A DNA stretch of 55,935 bases from Chiloscyllium plagiosum (Eukaryota), in the NCBI RefSeq assembly GCF_004010195.1, contig NC_057718.1, forward strand, positions 79,260,496 to 79,316,430, in the 5' to 3' direction. Positions 36,956 through 48,790 of the stretch are shown here, in pieces. Numbering within the stretch: position 1 is the first letter of the stretch; the number at the start of each line of letters is the position of its first letter. A program made the translations under genes and the position numbers. The notes beneath the pieces are model-generated. The model worked only from the letters and a program-made list of their open reading frames with translations. It did no database searches and had not been told where the DNA came from.

Positions 36956-38444
36956 TGGGACAGCATTTGTTGACTATCCCTAGATGACATTGATGATGGT
37001 GTTGATCTGCCTTCTCGAATGATGGGTTTAAATTAAATTAGGGAGGGTATTCATGGATTTTCATCCAGCAACACTGCAGGAAAAAAGTGATGTATTTCCA
37101 AATCATGATGCAAGCAACCTGGGAGGAGAATAGCATGTGGTGATGCCAACCTCATCCTTCTAGATGTAGATGTAGTATTTTCTGGGTTTGTAAGGTGCTA
37201 CCTGAGTGCATCTTCTAGATTGTGTACACTACTGTTTCTGAACAATAATGGTGGTGGGTGCAGATGTGGTGTTAGCCAAATGGGCTGCTTTAACCTGGGA
37301 GGTGTCAAATTAGTGTTGTTGGAGCTGCACTCAAGTACATAGGGAGTATTCCATCACATTCATGAATTGCATCTTGTAGATATTGGATAGGCTTTGGTGA
37401 GTCAAGATGGGGAATTCACTTGCTGCAAGATTTCTAGCCTTTGACCTTCTCTTGGAGCCACAATACTGACATGGTCAGTCCAGTTTCTGGTTAATAGTAA
37501 TGCCCAAAGATGTTGATAGTAGGGGATTTAAATGGCAATGCCATTGCATGCCAAAAGCCTTCTTCTTTTATTGGAGATAATAGTTGACTGGCACTCAAGA
37601 AGCATTTGTGCCAGGTAACCAGAAGTGAAAGCTCAAACCTGGATATTATCTAGGTCTTGCTGCATTTGTACATGGACGATTTCAGCATAGGAGTCACCAA
37701 TGTGCTGAACATTGTTCAGAGACTGCACAAATATTCCCACTTCTGACCTTATGATGGAGAGAAGGTCATTGATGAACCTGAAGATTGTTATACCTATGAC
37801 ACTACTGAAGAAAAACTGCGGTATCCAGGAGCTGAGAACATTGTTGTAGTTATTGTTGCCAATCTTCCTTTGTGCCAGCTACCCACCGCTGCCCCCCCCC
37901 CCCCACCCCCAAACCAATTCCCAGTGACTTGGGTTTTCCTAAGACTCCGACATTATGAGTAGTCACTCTCACTTTACCTCTGGAATTCATAGAACTCAAC
38001 TCTTTTGTACATGTTTAAAATCAAGACCATAATGAACTAAGGTCAGGAGATAAGTTGCTTTAGTGGAATCAAGCTGAGCCTCAGCAGGCAGGCTATCACG
38101 GAGGAAGACTGGAGAACAGATTGATGGGGCAGTAACTGGTCAGGTGGGATTCATCCTGCTTCTTGTATAGAGGTTATACTGGAGTGGGTAGGTGCCAGCA
38201 GTGTAGCTGCACTTGAACAGGTTGACTAGGGGCACAGCAAGCTCTGGAGCCTCAAGTCTTCAATATTATTTTTAGAATGTTGTCATGGACCATAGCCTTT
38301 GCAGTACCAGATGCCTTCAGAAGTTTCTTGATACTACAGAGTGAATCAGATTGGCTGAAAACTTAAATCTAGGTTGAGGACCTTTGGGAGGAGGCAGAGT
38401 CAAAAATCAGCCGCTGAAAATTGTGGCCAATGCTTCAGCTTTAT

Positions 38445-39129
38445 TTGGTTTTGAGAAGACTTGTAGCTCAGGTTCAGGTTCTGGATATAGGTTTGGCTTG
38501 CTGTGCTGGAAGGCTCGTCTACAGATGTTTTGTCACCACACTAGGTAACTTATTCGGTGAGCCTCTGAATGAAACACTGATGGTGTAGCCTGCTTTCTAT
38601 GTTTGAGTTTCCTAGGGTTGGTGATGTCATTTCCTGTGGTGACATTATTTCATCTGGTGATGTCATTTCTTGTTCTTTTTCTCAGGGGGTGGTAAATGTG
38701 ATCCAAGTCAAATGTGTCTGTTGAGAGAGATCTGGTTGGAATGCCATGTTTCTAGGAATTATCCTGTTTGTTGTTTTCCTCCTCTTTAGTGAATGGTTTT
38801 TCTCAGTATCCTTACTTATGGATGAGGAAGAACACCACTTCAACTGGGACAACACATCCATCCTAGAACAAGCCAACAGAGACAAGCACGAGAATTCCTA
38901 GAATCATAGCATTCCAACCGGACTTCTATCCATAAACATGGACTTGGATCCCATTTACTACCCGCTGAGAAAAAGAATAGGAAATGACATCACCTACCCT
39001 AGGAAACTCAAATATATACAAAGTGGGCTACACCACCAGTGCTTCAGAGGCTCACTGAAAATGTTACCTAATATGGGGACAAAATGTCTGAAAACAAACC
39101 TTCTAGCTCAGCATGCAAACTTACATCCA
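38445..39129. mobile_element. Older Penelope-like inverted insertion, 13-bp TSD
   Basis: Minus arm about 38445-38775, plus arm about 38815-39129 (HHFNWDNTSIL, DLDPIYYPL). GCTTCAGCTTTAT at 38432-38444 and 39130-39142. Confidence 0.8.
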
Positions 39130-40929
39130 GCTTCAGCTTTATCTTTTGCATAGATGTGCTAGGCTCCCTCCTTAACGAGGACAGGGATATTTATGGAACC
39201 ACCTTTTCCAGCGAGTTAATTTTTCTTCATTTGACTGGATGTGACATCGAAGCTCTGAAATAATTCATTCAACCTGTAGGCTGTGGAACCATTTAGCTGT
39301 GTCTATCACTTGGTGATAATGTGGTTGGACAGGCAAATAGTCCAATGTTGTAGTTTCACCAGACTGCCACCTCATTTTAGGTATGTCTGGCATTATACCA
39401 GATATGTACTCTTCATTGAGCTAGACAACTATGAATTAATTCCTTCTGATCTAAAGAACTCCTCCAATTTCTGACTTTCACATTGTATTTTCCACTTATG
39501 CTAACTTTTTTTTCATTACAGTAACAGGTCTACCTAACCTGTTTGCAATTCCCCTTCTAAATTTTGGCTCAGCCATGGGTTCAGCTCGCAAAACTTTTGC
39601 CTGAGGCAAAGCATTGTAGGTTGAGGTCCAACTCTTACACTGGAGTACAAAAGGCTATAGCCAACACCTCTAGTACAGTACCAGGGAAGCAATGGTACAT
39701 CTATTAGAGTTTCCTTTGGATGAGGTGTTAAATTGAGGTTCTTCCCCCCGCCCCCCCCCAACTTTTCACTCAGGTGCATGTAAACAATCCTATCACTCTT
39801 GAGTGGGAGAGTTATCCCATCATCTTCACCAATAGTTACCCTCAGCCAACAGCCGCAAAAAAAGTTCCGATCACCACAATGTTGTTTTGATACAGAAAAT
39901 GCAAGTCAATTGTACACATTACAAAAAATAATTCAAAATTATATCATTGCCCATAAACTGTTAAAGTTATCCAGTGGAGATGAAAAGATGCTACATAAAA
40001 GGAAGTCTTTTTACCCCCTCCATCTTCTCCCTAACATTTGTGTACAAATGGTCTTCCTGTATTATGACATTCATTTATTTAGTACCTGATCCTGTGTATC
40101 TCATTTCTCTACTCCTCAGAGTAAGAACACTTTGCTTCCCATCTCTCTTCATTCAAAAAAAAAACTTAATATTTCAAAAAAAAAATTTACTTGTATAAGT
40201 TTGAGTAAATTTATAGTATATATAAACTTTATAAATCAATACTACATTTCAGTATAATGCTGGGGGATTAAAAAAAAGGAAATTTTTGTTCCTGCAAACC
40301 CGTGTACTACTACTCCCACTCCAATCTGGCCACAGAATACCAAATCCATGGTGGGAAATTTAGATGGGCTGATTGATTTCCATTTCCTCCCCATAACTAA
40401 TATACCACTGAGTCTTCATTATTACACTCACCTGAATCCTTTTCCTCAGTATCAAAACTCAGATCATGTTTTTTTTTAAAACAGTGACACACCTTTCCAA
40501 GTTAGCTGCTTTCTCCACAAAAGTGCAGCTAATGCCACTACACTGCCAAAGCCCTGCATTTCTATCCTCACTAAGTTTCATTTGTTTTTGTCTGCCATGA
40601 AGGACAGCTGTTGATCTGACCTTCAACTATCTCCTAAATTCCATTTTATATGAACATGCGTGGTTGGCAACAATTACACCTTAAAACATGTCTCCCTAAT
40701 CTATACTGCATCACTTTTTTTCATTCCAAGAACTCTCATGCACAGCTTCTCTATTTCCAAAAGTCTAAACACTCATCATTCTGTTGTTCTACCAATGCAG
40801 TATTCTTATTGGATCTATAAAACACTTACTTACACACTGGAATTTGTGACGATGCTGTCACTTAAGTTTATTTTGTCTTTGCCTTTACACCACTTGCCCA
40901 AAAAAAAACACAAAAAGGTGGCAAAGTGA

Positions 40930-41390
40930 CTAGTTTAACAATGGAAGGGGAATGGCCAATCTTCCAGTTCAGGACTTTGGTTTTTTTTTAAAATCTGTAG
41001 CAGTCACCAGATGGGAGTGTACTAGAAGGGTTGCAAGCTTAAGTGATTCTAAGTGACTTTCTAAAATCTCTCTGGATGTTGTTCCCTTCTGCTTGTAAGA
41101 ATCAGTGTTTGAATTTGTCTTTTTGCCAAGGGGTATGTCTATGGAATGTTACATTATTGGAACAGTTAATTAGTAATAGATTTTATTGGATCCATTAAGT
41201 TTTCCAATGGTCAAGTTATTCTAAATTCCATTTTCTTCTGTTTTTCAACTATAGTGTTTTGCTTAAAGCCGTATGGTTTGACCAGCTCCATCACACCTGG
41301 AATTCCTATTTCATAGGAGCCTTTAAAAATAAAAAATTAGGGTCGAGGCGACCTTAAAATAATTTGAGGTTGTCTGGCCTGGTCCATCAA
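40930..41390 (+). mobile_element. Partial LTR of the 7191-7779 family
   Basis: AATGGAAGGGGAATGGCCAAT...CTGTAGCAGTCAC..GATGGGAGTGTAC...GTCTGGCCTGGTCCAT shared. Confidence 0.8.
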
Positions 41391-42039
41391 TAATTTGTAA
41401 ACAAACTCTTGGTATTATCATAGCTGCAGTAGTTGACATAAATCAGTGAGTAAGTGAAAAGTATTGAACCTTTCAAATATTTGTTTTAAAAAAAAACCAA
41501 ACTCTATTTTTGTTTTAAATCTTTGGGTCTCCATGTTAAGCTCTCCACCAAACTCAGTGCCTCCAACTGTGCAACAGCATGTAAAGTCAAGAAAATTAAA
41601 CAACTTAACCTTTTTATTAGCAAGTTTATGAAGGGTTGATAAGTGTATAAAATGGCAGAAACACCAGCAACCAGAGGACACCAACCTAAAGTAAACTTAG
41701 CAAGAAATGAGGGGGGAAATGAAAGGAGATTTTAAGAAAAAAAGAATGCAGTATTTGAAAGATTGTGGAAACAGATTTATTGGGAAATTGTATTCATACA
41801 CGAAGAATAAAATGCAGGGCTTTAGAGAAAACAGCAGGAAGTGAGTATAATAGGGGAGCTCTTTCAAAGCTATATTTATCCACTTAAATTAATCTCCTTA
41901 ATGCTGTTGTAAATCACCCAACCACACCCCCTCAAAAAAAATTCTGCTCCTGAAGCAATCATACAAAACCTCCTTTCAACGTAGACATGAATCTTATTCC
42001 CCTATCACAGTAACAAATGTTAGTCATTTTTGAGATACT

Positions 42040-43547
42040 AAAGTAACTCTGTGGGAAGCTAGAGAAGCGATTGCTGGGCGTCTTGCTGAGATATTTGTAT
42101 CATCGATAGTCGAAGACTGGATGCTGGCTAACATGGTGCTACTGTTTAAGAAGGGTGGTAAGGACAAGCCAGGGAACTATAGACCAGTGAGCCTGACGTC
42201 GGTGGTGGGCAAGTTGTTGGAGAGAATCTCGAGGGACAGGTTGTACATGTATTGGCAAAGGCAAGGACTGATTAGGGATAGTCAACATAACTTTGTGTAT
42301 GGGAAACCATGTGTCACAAACTTGATTGAGTTTTTTGAAGTAGTAACAAAGAAGATTGATGAGGGCAGAGCAGTAGATGTGATCTATATGGACTTCAGTA
42401 AGGCATTCAACAATGTTCCCCATGGGAGACCGGTTAGCAAGGTTAGATCTCTCAGAATACAGGGAGAACTAGCCATTTGGATACAGAACTGGCTCAAAAG
42501 GTAGAAGACAGGATGGTGGTGGAGGGTTGTTTTTCAGACTGGAGGCCTGTGACTAGTGGAGTGCCACAAGGGTCAGTACTGGGTCCTCTACTTTTTGTCA
42601 TTTACATAAATGATTTGAATGAGAGCATAAGAGGTACAGTTAGTAAGTTTGCAGATGACACCAAAATTGGGAGGTGTAGTGAACAGCAAAGGAGGTTACC
42701 TCAGATTACAACAGGATCTTGACCAGATGGGCCAATGGGCTAAGAAGTGGCAGATGGAGTTTAAATTCAGATAAATGCGAGGTGCTGCATTTTTGGGAAA
42801 GCAAATCCTAGCAGGACTTATACACTTAATGGTAAAGTCCTAAGGACCTTGGAGTGCAGGTTCATGGCTCCTTGCAAGTGGAGTCGCAGGTAGATAGGAT
42901 AGTGAAAGTGGCGTTTGGTATGCTTTCCTTTACTGGTCAGAGTATTGAGTACAGGAGTTAGGGGGTCATGTTACGGCTGTACAGGACATTGGTTAGGCCA
43001 CCGTTGGCCTATTGCGTGCAATTCTGGTCTCCTTCCTATCGGAAAGATGTTGTGAAACTTGAGGGTTGAGAAAAGATTTACAAGGACGTTGCCAGAGTTG
43101 GAGGATTTGAGCTATAGGGAGAGGCTGAACAGGCTGGGGCTGTTTTGCCTGGAGCGTCAGAGGCTGAGCGGTGACCTTATAGAGGGTTTACAAAATTGTG
43201 AGGGGCATGGATCGGGTAAATAGACAAACTCTTTTCCCTGGGGTCAGGGAGGCCAGAACTAGAGGGCATAGGTTTAGGGTGAGAGGGGAAAGATATAACA
43301 GAGACCTAAGGGGCAACTTTTACACACAGTAGGGTGGTAAGTGTATGGATTGAACTGCCAGAGGAAGTGGTGGATGCTGGTACAATTGCAACATTTAAGG
43401 AGGCATTTGGATGGGTATATGAATAGGAAGGGTTTGAAAGGATGTGGACCGGGTGCTGGCAGGTGGGACTGGATTGGGATGGGATATCTAGTCGGCATGT
43501 ACGGGTTGGACCGAAGGGTCTGCTTCCATGCTGTACATCTCTATGAC
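42040..43547 (+). mobile_element. 5'-truncated CR1/HER1-type LINE with RT domain (frameshifted)
   Basis: [57 protein letters not shown]; ends CTCTATGAC. Confidence 0.95.
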
Positions 43548-44291
43548 ATTAGAGACACAAACTTTACATATATGAAGAAAGAGGAGAAAAGATGTGGGGG
43601 TTATTTCAACCTTTGTCCACAGGTGCTGTCAAGTTAAATTTTTTTTTTAAATTGAAGTACTTATGCCCATATTCTAGCAGCTGCAGAACTTTGCTTTCCC
43701 ATTCAAAGTAAAATGCATCAATGTTATACATTTGCTCAGAATGTTCAATTAAAAATATTTGAACCTTTAATTCAGAACCTTTTGCTGAACAAAAACAAAG
43801 GACATTGAGCTGAATCTTAGTTTTTAGGCCAAATGCAAATTGCATCAAGTTTACTGGAGTAATTATTACCACAAGGCCAAACAAGCAAGCGTGAGTTACA
43901 TCTTATCAAACTCACCATGTTAAAAGGCATTTCACCCCTCATGGCAAATATCACATTTGACATTCAAAACATCTTACTGAGCACCATTCATGGAGCAACT
44001 CACTACTGACCAGCATATCCAACACAGTACCATATTTAAAAGGCTATCAAGCACACTGGAAGCATGGTTCTAGACTTTTGGCCCATACAAAATGCAGACA
44101 AGGACTGAAACAACGCCCTGCTTTGCAGGTCTGGACTTCAAGCTCCTGCAAAATGGGTAGGCAGAATTTTCTCTTTTGTTCCACCCCCCAGGACCAGTGA
44201 AACCTGACCATTCCAGCCTAGACAGAGATTGCCATCCATGTTGAAGCAATCCAGCCATCTGAGAGGAATGCTTGGCAATGAAGACAGACAA

Positions 44292-45375
44292 AAATAAGTG
44301 AGGACTGCAGATGCTAGAGATTAGAGTCATGAGTGTATTGCTGAAAGGCTTAGCAGGTAAGGCAGCATTCAAGGAGCAGGAGATTTGACATTTTGGGCTT
44401 GAGCCCTTCATCAGGAATGAGGTTGTGGGCCAGGGGGCTGAGAATGCAATAGGTAAATGAAGGTGGAGGAGAACGAAGGTGATACACCGGAGAGGAGGGT
44501 TGAGCAGATAAATGGTAAAGAAGATAGACTGGTCAAGAGGGCAGTGCTGAGTTGGAGGCTTGGGACTAGGATACAAAAAAAAAGATGGTTTGGTGGGGTG
44601 GGGGTGCAAAACAGAGGAAACTGGTTAAATTTTCATTAATGCCATGTGATTGCAGAGTCCCAAGGCTGGGGACGAGGCATTCTTCCTCCAGGCATCAGCT
44701 GATTAGGGTTTGGTAAATGAGGAGGCCTGGACCTGCATGTTCTTGGCGAAGTGGGAGAGGAAGTTAAAGTGTTAAAGTAGTCAGGTCAGTCACTGGTGGG
44801 TGCAGGTGTCCAGAGATGTGCTCCGAAACAATCCAAGATAGGATGCCAACTTGCAGATAATTTCAGAGAACATCTCTAGAACACCCATACCAACCAACCC
44901 CACTGTCCAGTGGCTGAATACTTCAACTCCCCCTCCTAATCCACCATAGGACATGCAGGTCCCGGACCTCCTCCATCGCCAAACCCTAATAACCGGACGC
45001 CTTGAGGAAGAATGCCTCATCTTCCGCCTTGGCACTCTGCAACCACACAGGATGAACGCGGATTTCACCAGTTTCCTCATTTTCTCCTTCTCCCACCTTC
45101 TCCTAGTCCCAAGCCTCCAACGCAGCACTGCCCTCTTGACCTGTCCATCATCTTTCCCATCTATCAGTTTCTCGCTGACCTATCAATTTCTCCCCCACCT
45201 TCATTTACCTATTGCATTCTCTGCTACCTTCCCCCCAACCCCTCCAGCTCCACCCATTTACCTCTTAGACCCCCTATACACAAGCCTCATTCCTGAAGGG
45301 CTCATGCCAGAAACGCTGATACTCCTGCTTCCTGACCTGCTGTGCTTTGCCAGCACCACATTCTCAACACTGAAG
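44292..45375. mobile_element. Penelope-like inverted insertion (family of 10140-11762)
   Basis: Minus arm about 44292-44830, plus arm about 44855-45375 (RLEEECLIFRLGTLQPHRMNADF, GIY-YIG C-terminus). Possible degenerate TSD GAAGACAGACAA/GAAGGCAGTCAA. Confidence 0.8.
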
Positions 45376-47009
45376 GAAGGCAGTCAATGTTATTCTGCCC
45401 TGTGCCAGCACAAGTGCCACCATTTCCCAGATACCTCAATTTCGGCTTCTGCACCCACCTCCCAGTAATGTTCATGCTCTACCACTCTAATGTATGCAAC
45501 AGGTTCCCTATTCAACCTCACCCAGCCTGGGGCACCACTGACTCAGCACACTTTTCTGTACTGCCTATTCACACACTTCAGCAAGCTGCATCACCAATAA
45601 TGTGTTACCCACTTTCATCTTCGAAACCACATGCTTCTCCATTATTCTAGAAGGAAAAACAGCCCACAACAGGACAAGAGGAGTCAACAGGGCAGTGTGC
45701 TGCCTCTCATTCAGCATCTTGCTCTGTAGGAGGATAATGACTAAAACCTTGCCTCAAGCAGGGCCTAGACTGATATTGGAAGTTTAATCTTGGAAGCTGT
45801 GCCAGGATCCCAAAGTGAAGACTACCCTCATTGATAGATCAAAAGCCTGATAACTGTGGCAAGCTTCCTGGTTGTATGTTGGCACTAAATAGCAGGACAA
45901 GACTCTAGTTACATGAAGGAAGTACCTCTGAGTGAGGGCAATGCAAGAGAGCTGGGCTGGAAGCATTCAGTTGAGTTCAGAGTAAGTGAGCATTATGACA
46001 GTGAGTAAAGAGCCTACAGATGCAGCCTGATCTAAACCAAGGGTTTGCTGAGCATCCCTAAGCATAAAGCATCCTTGCTGCAACATTAACAATAGTTGCA
46101 GGTCCAGCTCAAGATATAGCACAGATATGTAGTGTCCTGCAGGTGAATCAGATGAAACATGAAAGCTCAGAGGCTGGCACGTCAAATACAATGTCCATAG
46201 ACATGTGGTGGGTGGGGCTATCGCCCATCCCTATGAAGTATGCCCAAGATATCAGTGCCTGGTATTCAACATGGAAGTCCTTTGTGCAAATTGAATCCAC
46301 CAACCATCCAGCTTTCCCCAGTGCTAGCTTGCAGATTTGTTTTTAAAACATGTCTGAATAGGTCTTCTGGCCCAGAGGTTGAGATATTACTGTGCTACAA
46401 CACCCCAGATGATGGCTAGTTTGTACGGAGTGTTTGACAAGATCACAGCACATGGCATGTCAGACTGTTAAAACACCTTGTTAACAAGAAGTAATACTCT
46501 CAATTGGAGCATATAAGATGTGGTGAAAAAAAAAATCTAATGCTGATGGCCTCCTGGCTCAGTGCTAGGGACCAGTTAAGTTCTACTTGTCATGGACATA
46601 CGTTATAACATTTCCAAATTGGTGGACTAAAATAGATTACAAGATTCAGCAAGATGACCTTGAAGTGACGATGGCCCTCCCAAACATCTTGTCTGATACT
46701 ACCATTAATCATGCCATGCATAAAAAAATTCTGTATATTTTGCAGTTTTGTATCTTGCACAGATGGAAAATGTTACTGCCAGAGTTTGCTTACCAACTAA
46801 ATTACTCTCCTCTCACACAAAATAAATATTGTTGTTCCATTTAAAGTGTATTTCTTTTCAGCTTTCTTAATAAGCACAAGACAAAAAGCTTCAACAAAAT
46901 GCATGTTTCCAGCAGTTAGAGAATGTAAACTTTTTCAATGACCTCTGTTGCAGATATACCCAACTTGTAATGCTCATGTAATACCAGTATAAATGGCAAA
47001 CTATTAAAA

Positions 47010-47225
47010 CCATAAAATGAAATTCCTACAGTGCAGATAGAAGCCATTTGGCCCATTAAGTCTGCATACCCTCCAAAGAGTATCCCAACGAAACCTAGCC
47101 CCCTACCCATATCCCCGTCATCCCCACATTTATCATGGTCCATCTTTGGGCTGTGGGAGGAAATCCCGAGCACCTGGAAGAAACATTCAGACACAGGGGC
47201 GATTGTGAAAACTCCACAGAGAATG
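47010..47225 (-). mobile_element. V-SINE-like element, degraded
   Basis: CTGTGGGAGGAAATCCCGAGCACCTGGAAGAAAC...AAACTCCACAG. Confidence 0.65.
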
Positions 47226-47559
47226 TTAGCAATTGGAAACAGAGTGCTGGAGAAACTCAAATTAGGTCTCGTAGCATCTGTGGAGAAAGAAAGTCAATAT
47301 TTTGAACTCAATGACTCTCCAGTATCAAATATGTTTGAAAATAATGCACATTAATTTCAAAGAATTCTCCATAGGAGGTTAAAAAGGTGCTGACTTTTAG
47401 ATAAGATTAATTAAATAGAAACAAGGTGCAAGTGAAAAAAATTCTGAAGAATAGGTTTTATCTCCTGACCAATTAGGTACAAAACAATCAACTGCACAAA
47501 GCAGATTATCAACAGGACATTGAATACCATATTCCAAAAGTGACCTAACCAATCTTGAT

Positions 47560-48065
47560 CACCCTGCTATTGGAAGGATGTTGTGAAGCTTGAAGGGGTT
47601 CAGAAAATATTTACAAGGATGTTTGCCGGTTTTGGAGGGTGGGAACTACTGGGAGAGGCTCAATAGGTTGGAGCTATTTTCTCTGAAGTGTCAGAGGCTG
47701 AGGGGTGACCTTACAGAGATTTATCAAATCATATGGGGCATGGATAGAGTGAATAGTCAAGGTGTTTTCCCTGAGAATTGGAGGGGTGGGGTGCAAAACT
47801 AGACAGCATTGGTTTAAGTTGAAAAGGGAAAAGCACGTCAGACTGTTTGAAATGAGCTGCCAGAGGAAGTGTGGAGGCTTTACTACTTTTTTAAAAAATT
47901 ACAACTTTTAAAAATGGCACATGGATGGGTACATGAATAGAAAGGGTTTAGAGGGATATGGGCCAAGTACTGGCAAATGGGACTAGATCAATTTAGGTTT
48001 TCTGGTCAGCATGGACGAGTTGGACCGAAGGAAGGGTCTGTCTCCAAGCTGCACATCTGACTCTC
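47560..48065 (+). mobile_element. CR1/HER1-type LINE 3' end
   Basis: ERLNRLELFSL..RLRGDLTEIY; typical 3' UTR. Confidence 0.85.
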
Positions 48066-48315
48066 TGGTCATCGCCATGCTGCTGTTTGCGGGAGTTCGT
48101 TGTGTGCAAGCGGACTATTTGGTTTCCAACTTCACAACTATGAAGTACAGGTACACGTAAATACTTTATAGACATTGAAGTACTTTTGCAGACCTCGAGT
48201 AGGCGCTACACAAATATACAGCTTACACTAAATTCATACACTGCAACTCAGAACAAAATAAAATGTGCAACACGAAATAGGGTTACTTTTTTCTTAAAAA
48301 AAAGTCCATGCTTAC

Positions 48316-48790
48316 CTATATACCATCAGGTGGAAATCAAACACTTGGCTTTCCAATGAAGAGCAGGTTAAAGTACATTCCCATTCTCTTCAGATTCCGT
48401 TCCAGTCACGTCTGAAGAAGTGCCCTCCTGTTTGATGAGAATAAAACCTCGGAACGTTCCTGGCTTGCTTCTGCCGTTGTTTGCACACTCGGCGGTTTAT
48501 TAGCTTTAAAGTCAGCGCCTCTGCCCCCAGATGGTTAGGGTGTCCGATTTAACTGGCATCTGATGGAGGCGGTTACCTTCAAAGAGGACACGTCCATTTG
48601 CCGCCGACCTACTGCCGGCTCGGCTTCGATGTTGAGGCCCATCCCCTTTGCCTCAGCTTCCCGCCTCCCACTGTGCGCGCGCCCAGCCCATCGTCTCGAG
48701 AGTGTAGACGGTTAGAACAAAAACAAAGTCCGGTTTGAATTAACGAAGCTCAAGCCACCTCGGCAAGATACAGTTCTCCGAGGGCTGCGT
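48316..48790 (-). promoter_or_regulatory. CpG-rich non-repeat region: probable AGPAT4 promoter and non-coding first exon
   Basis: The clearest CpG cluster outside repeats (GCCGCCG, CCCGCC, GCGCGCGC). Minus-strand donors AAG|GTAACC (exon end 48577) and TAG|GTAAGC (exon end 48316), upstream of the first coding exon. Confidence 0.55.

Larger units (their letters stand above)
36830..39420 (-). mobile_element. CR1/L2-group LINE, degraded, hosting two Penelope-like insertions
   Basis: Reverse complement of the 31955-32880 family (e.g. CCCACTTCTGACCTTATGATGGAG..AAGGTCATTGATGAA), extending further 5'. Confidence 0.65.
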
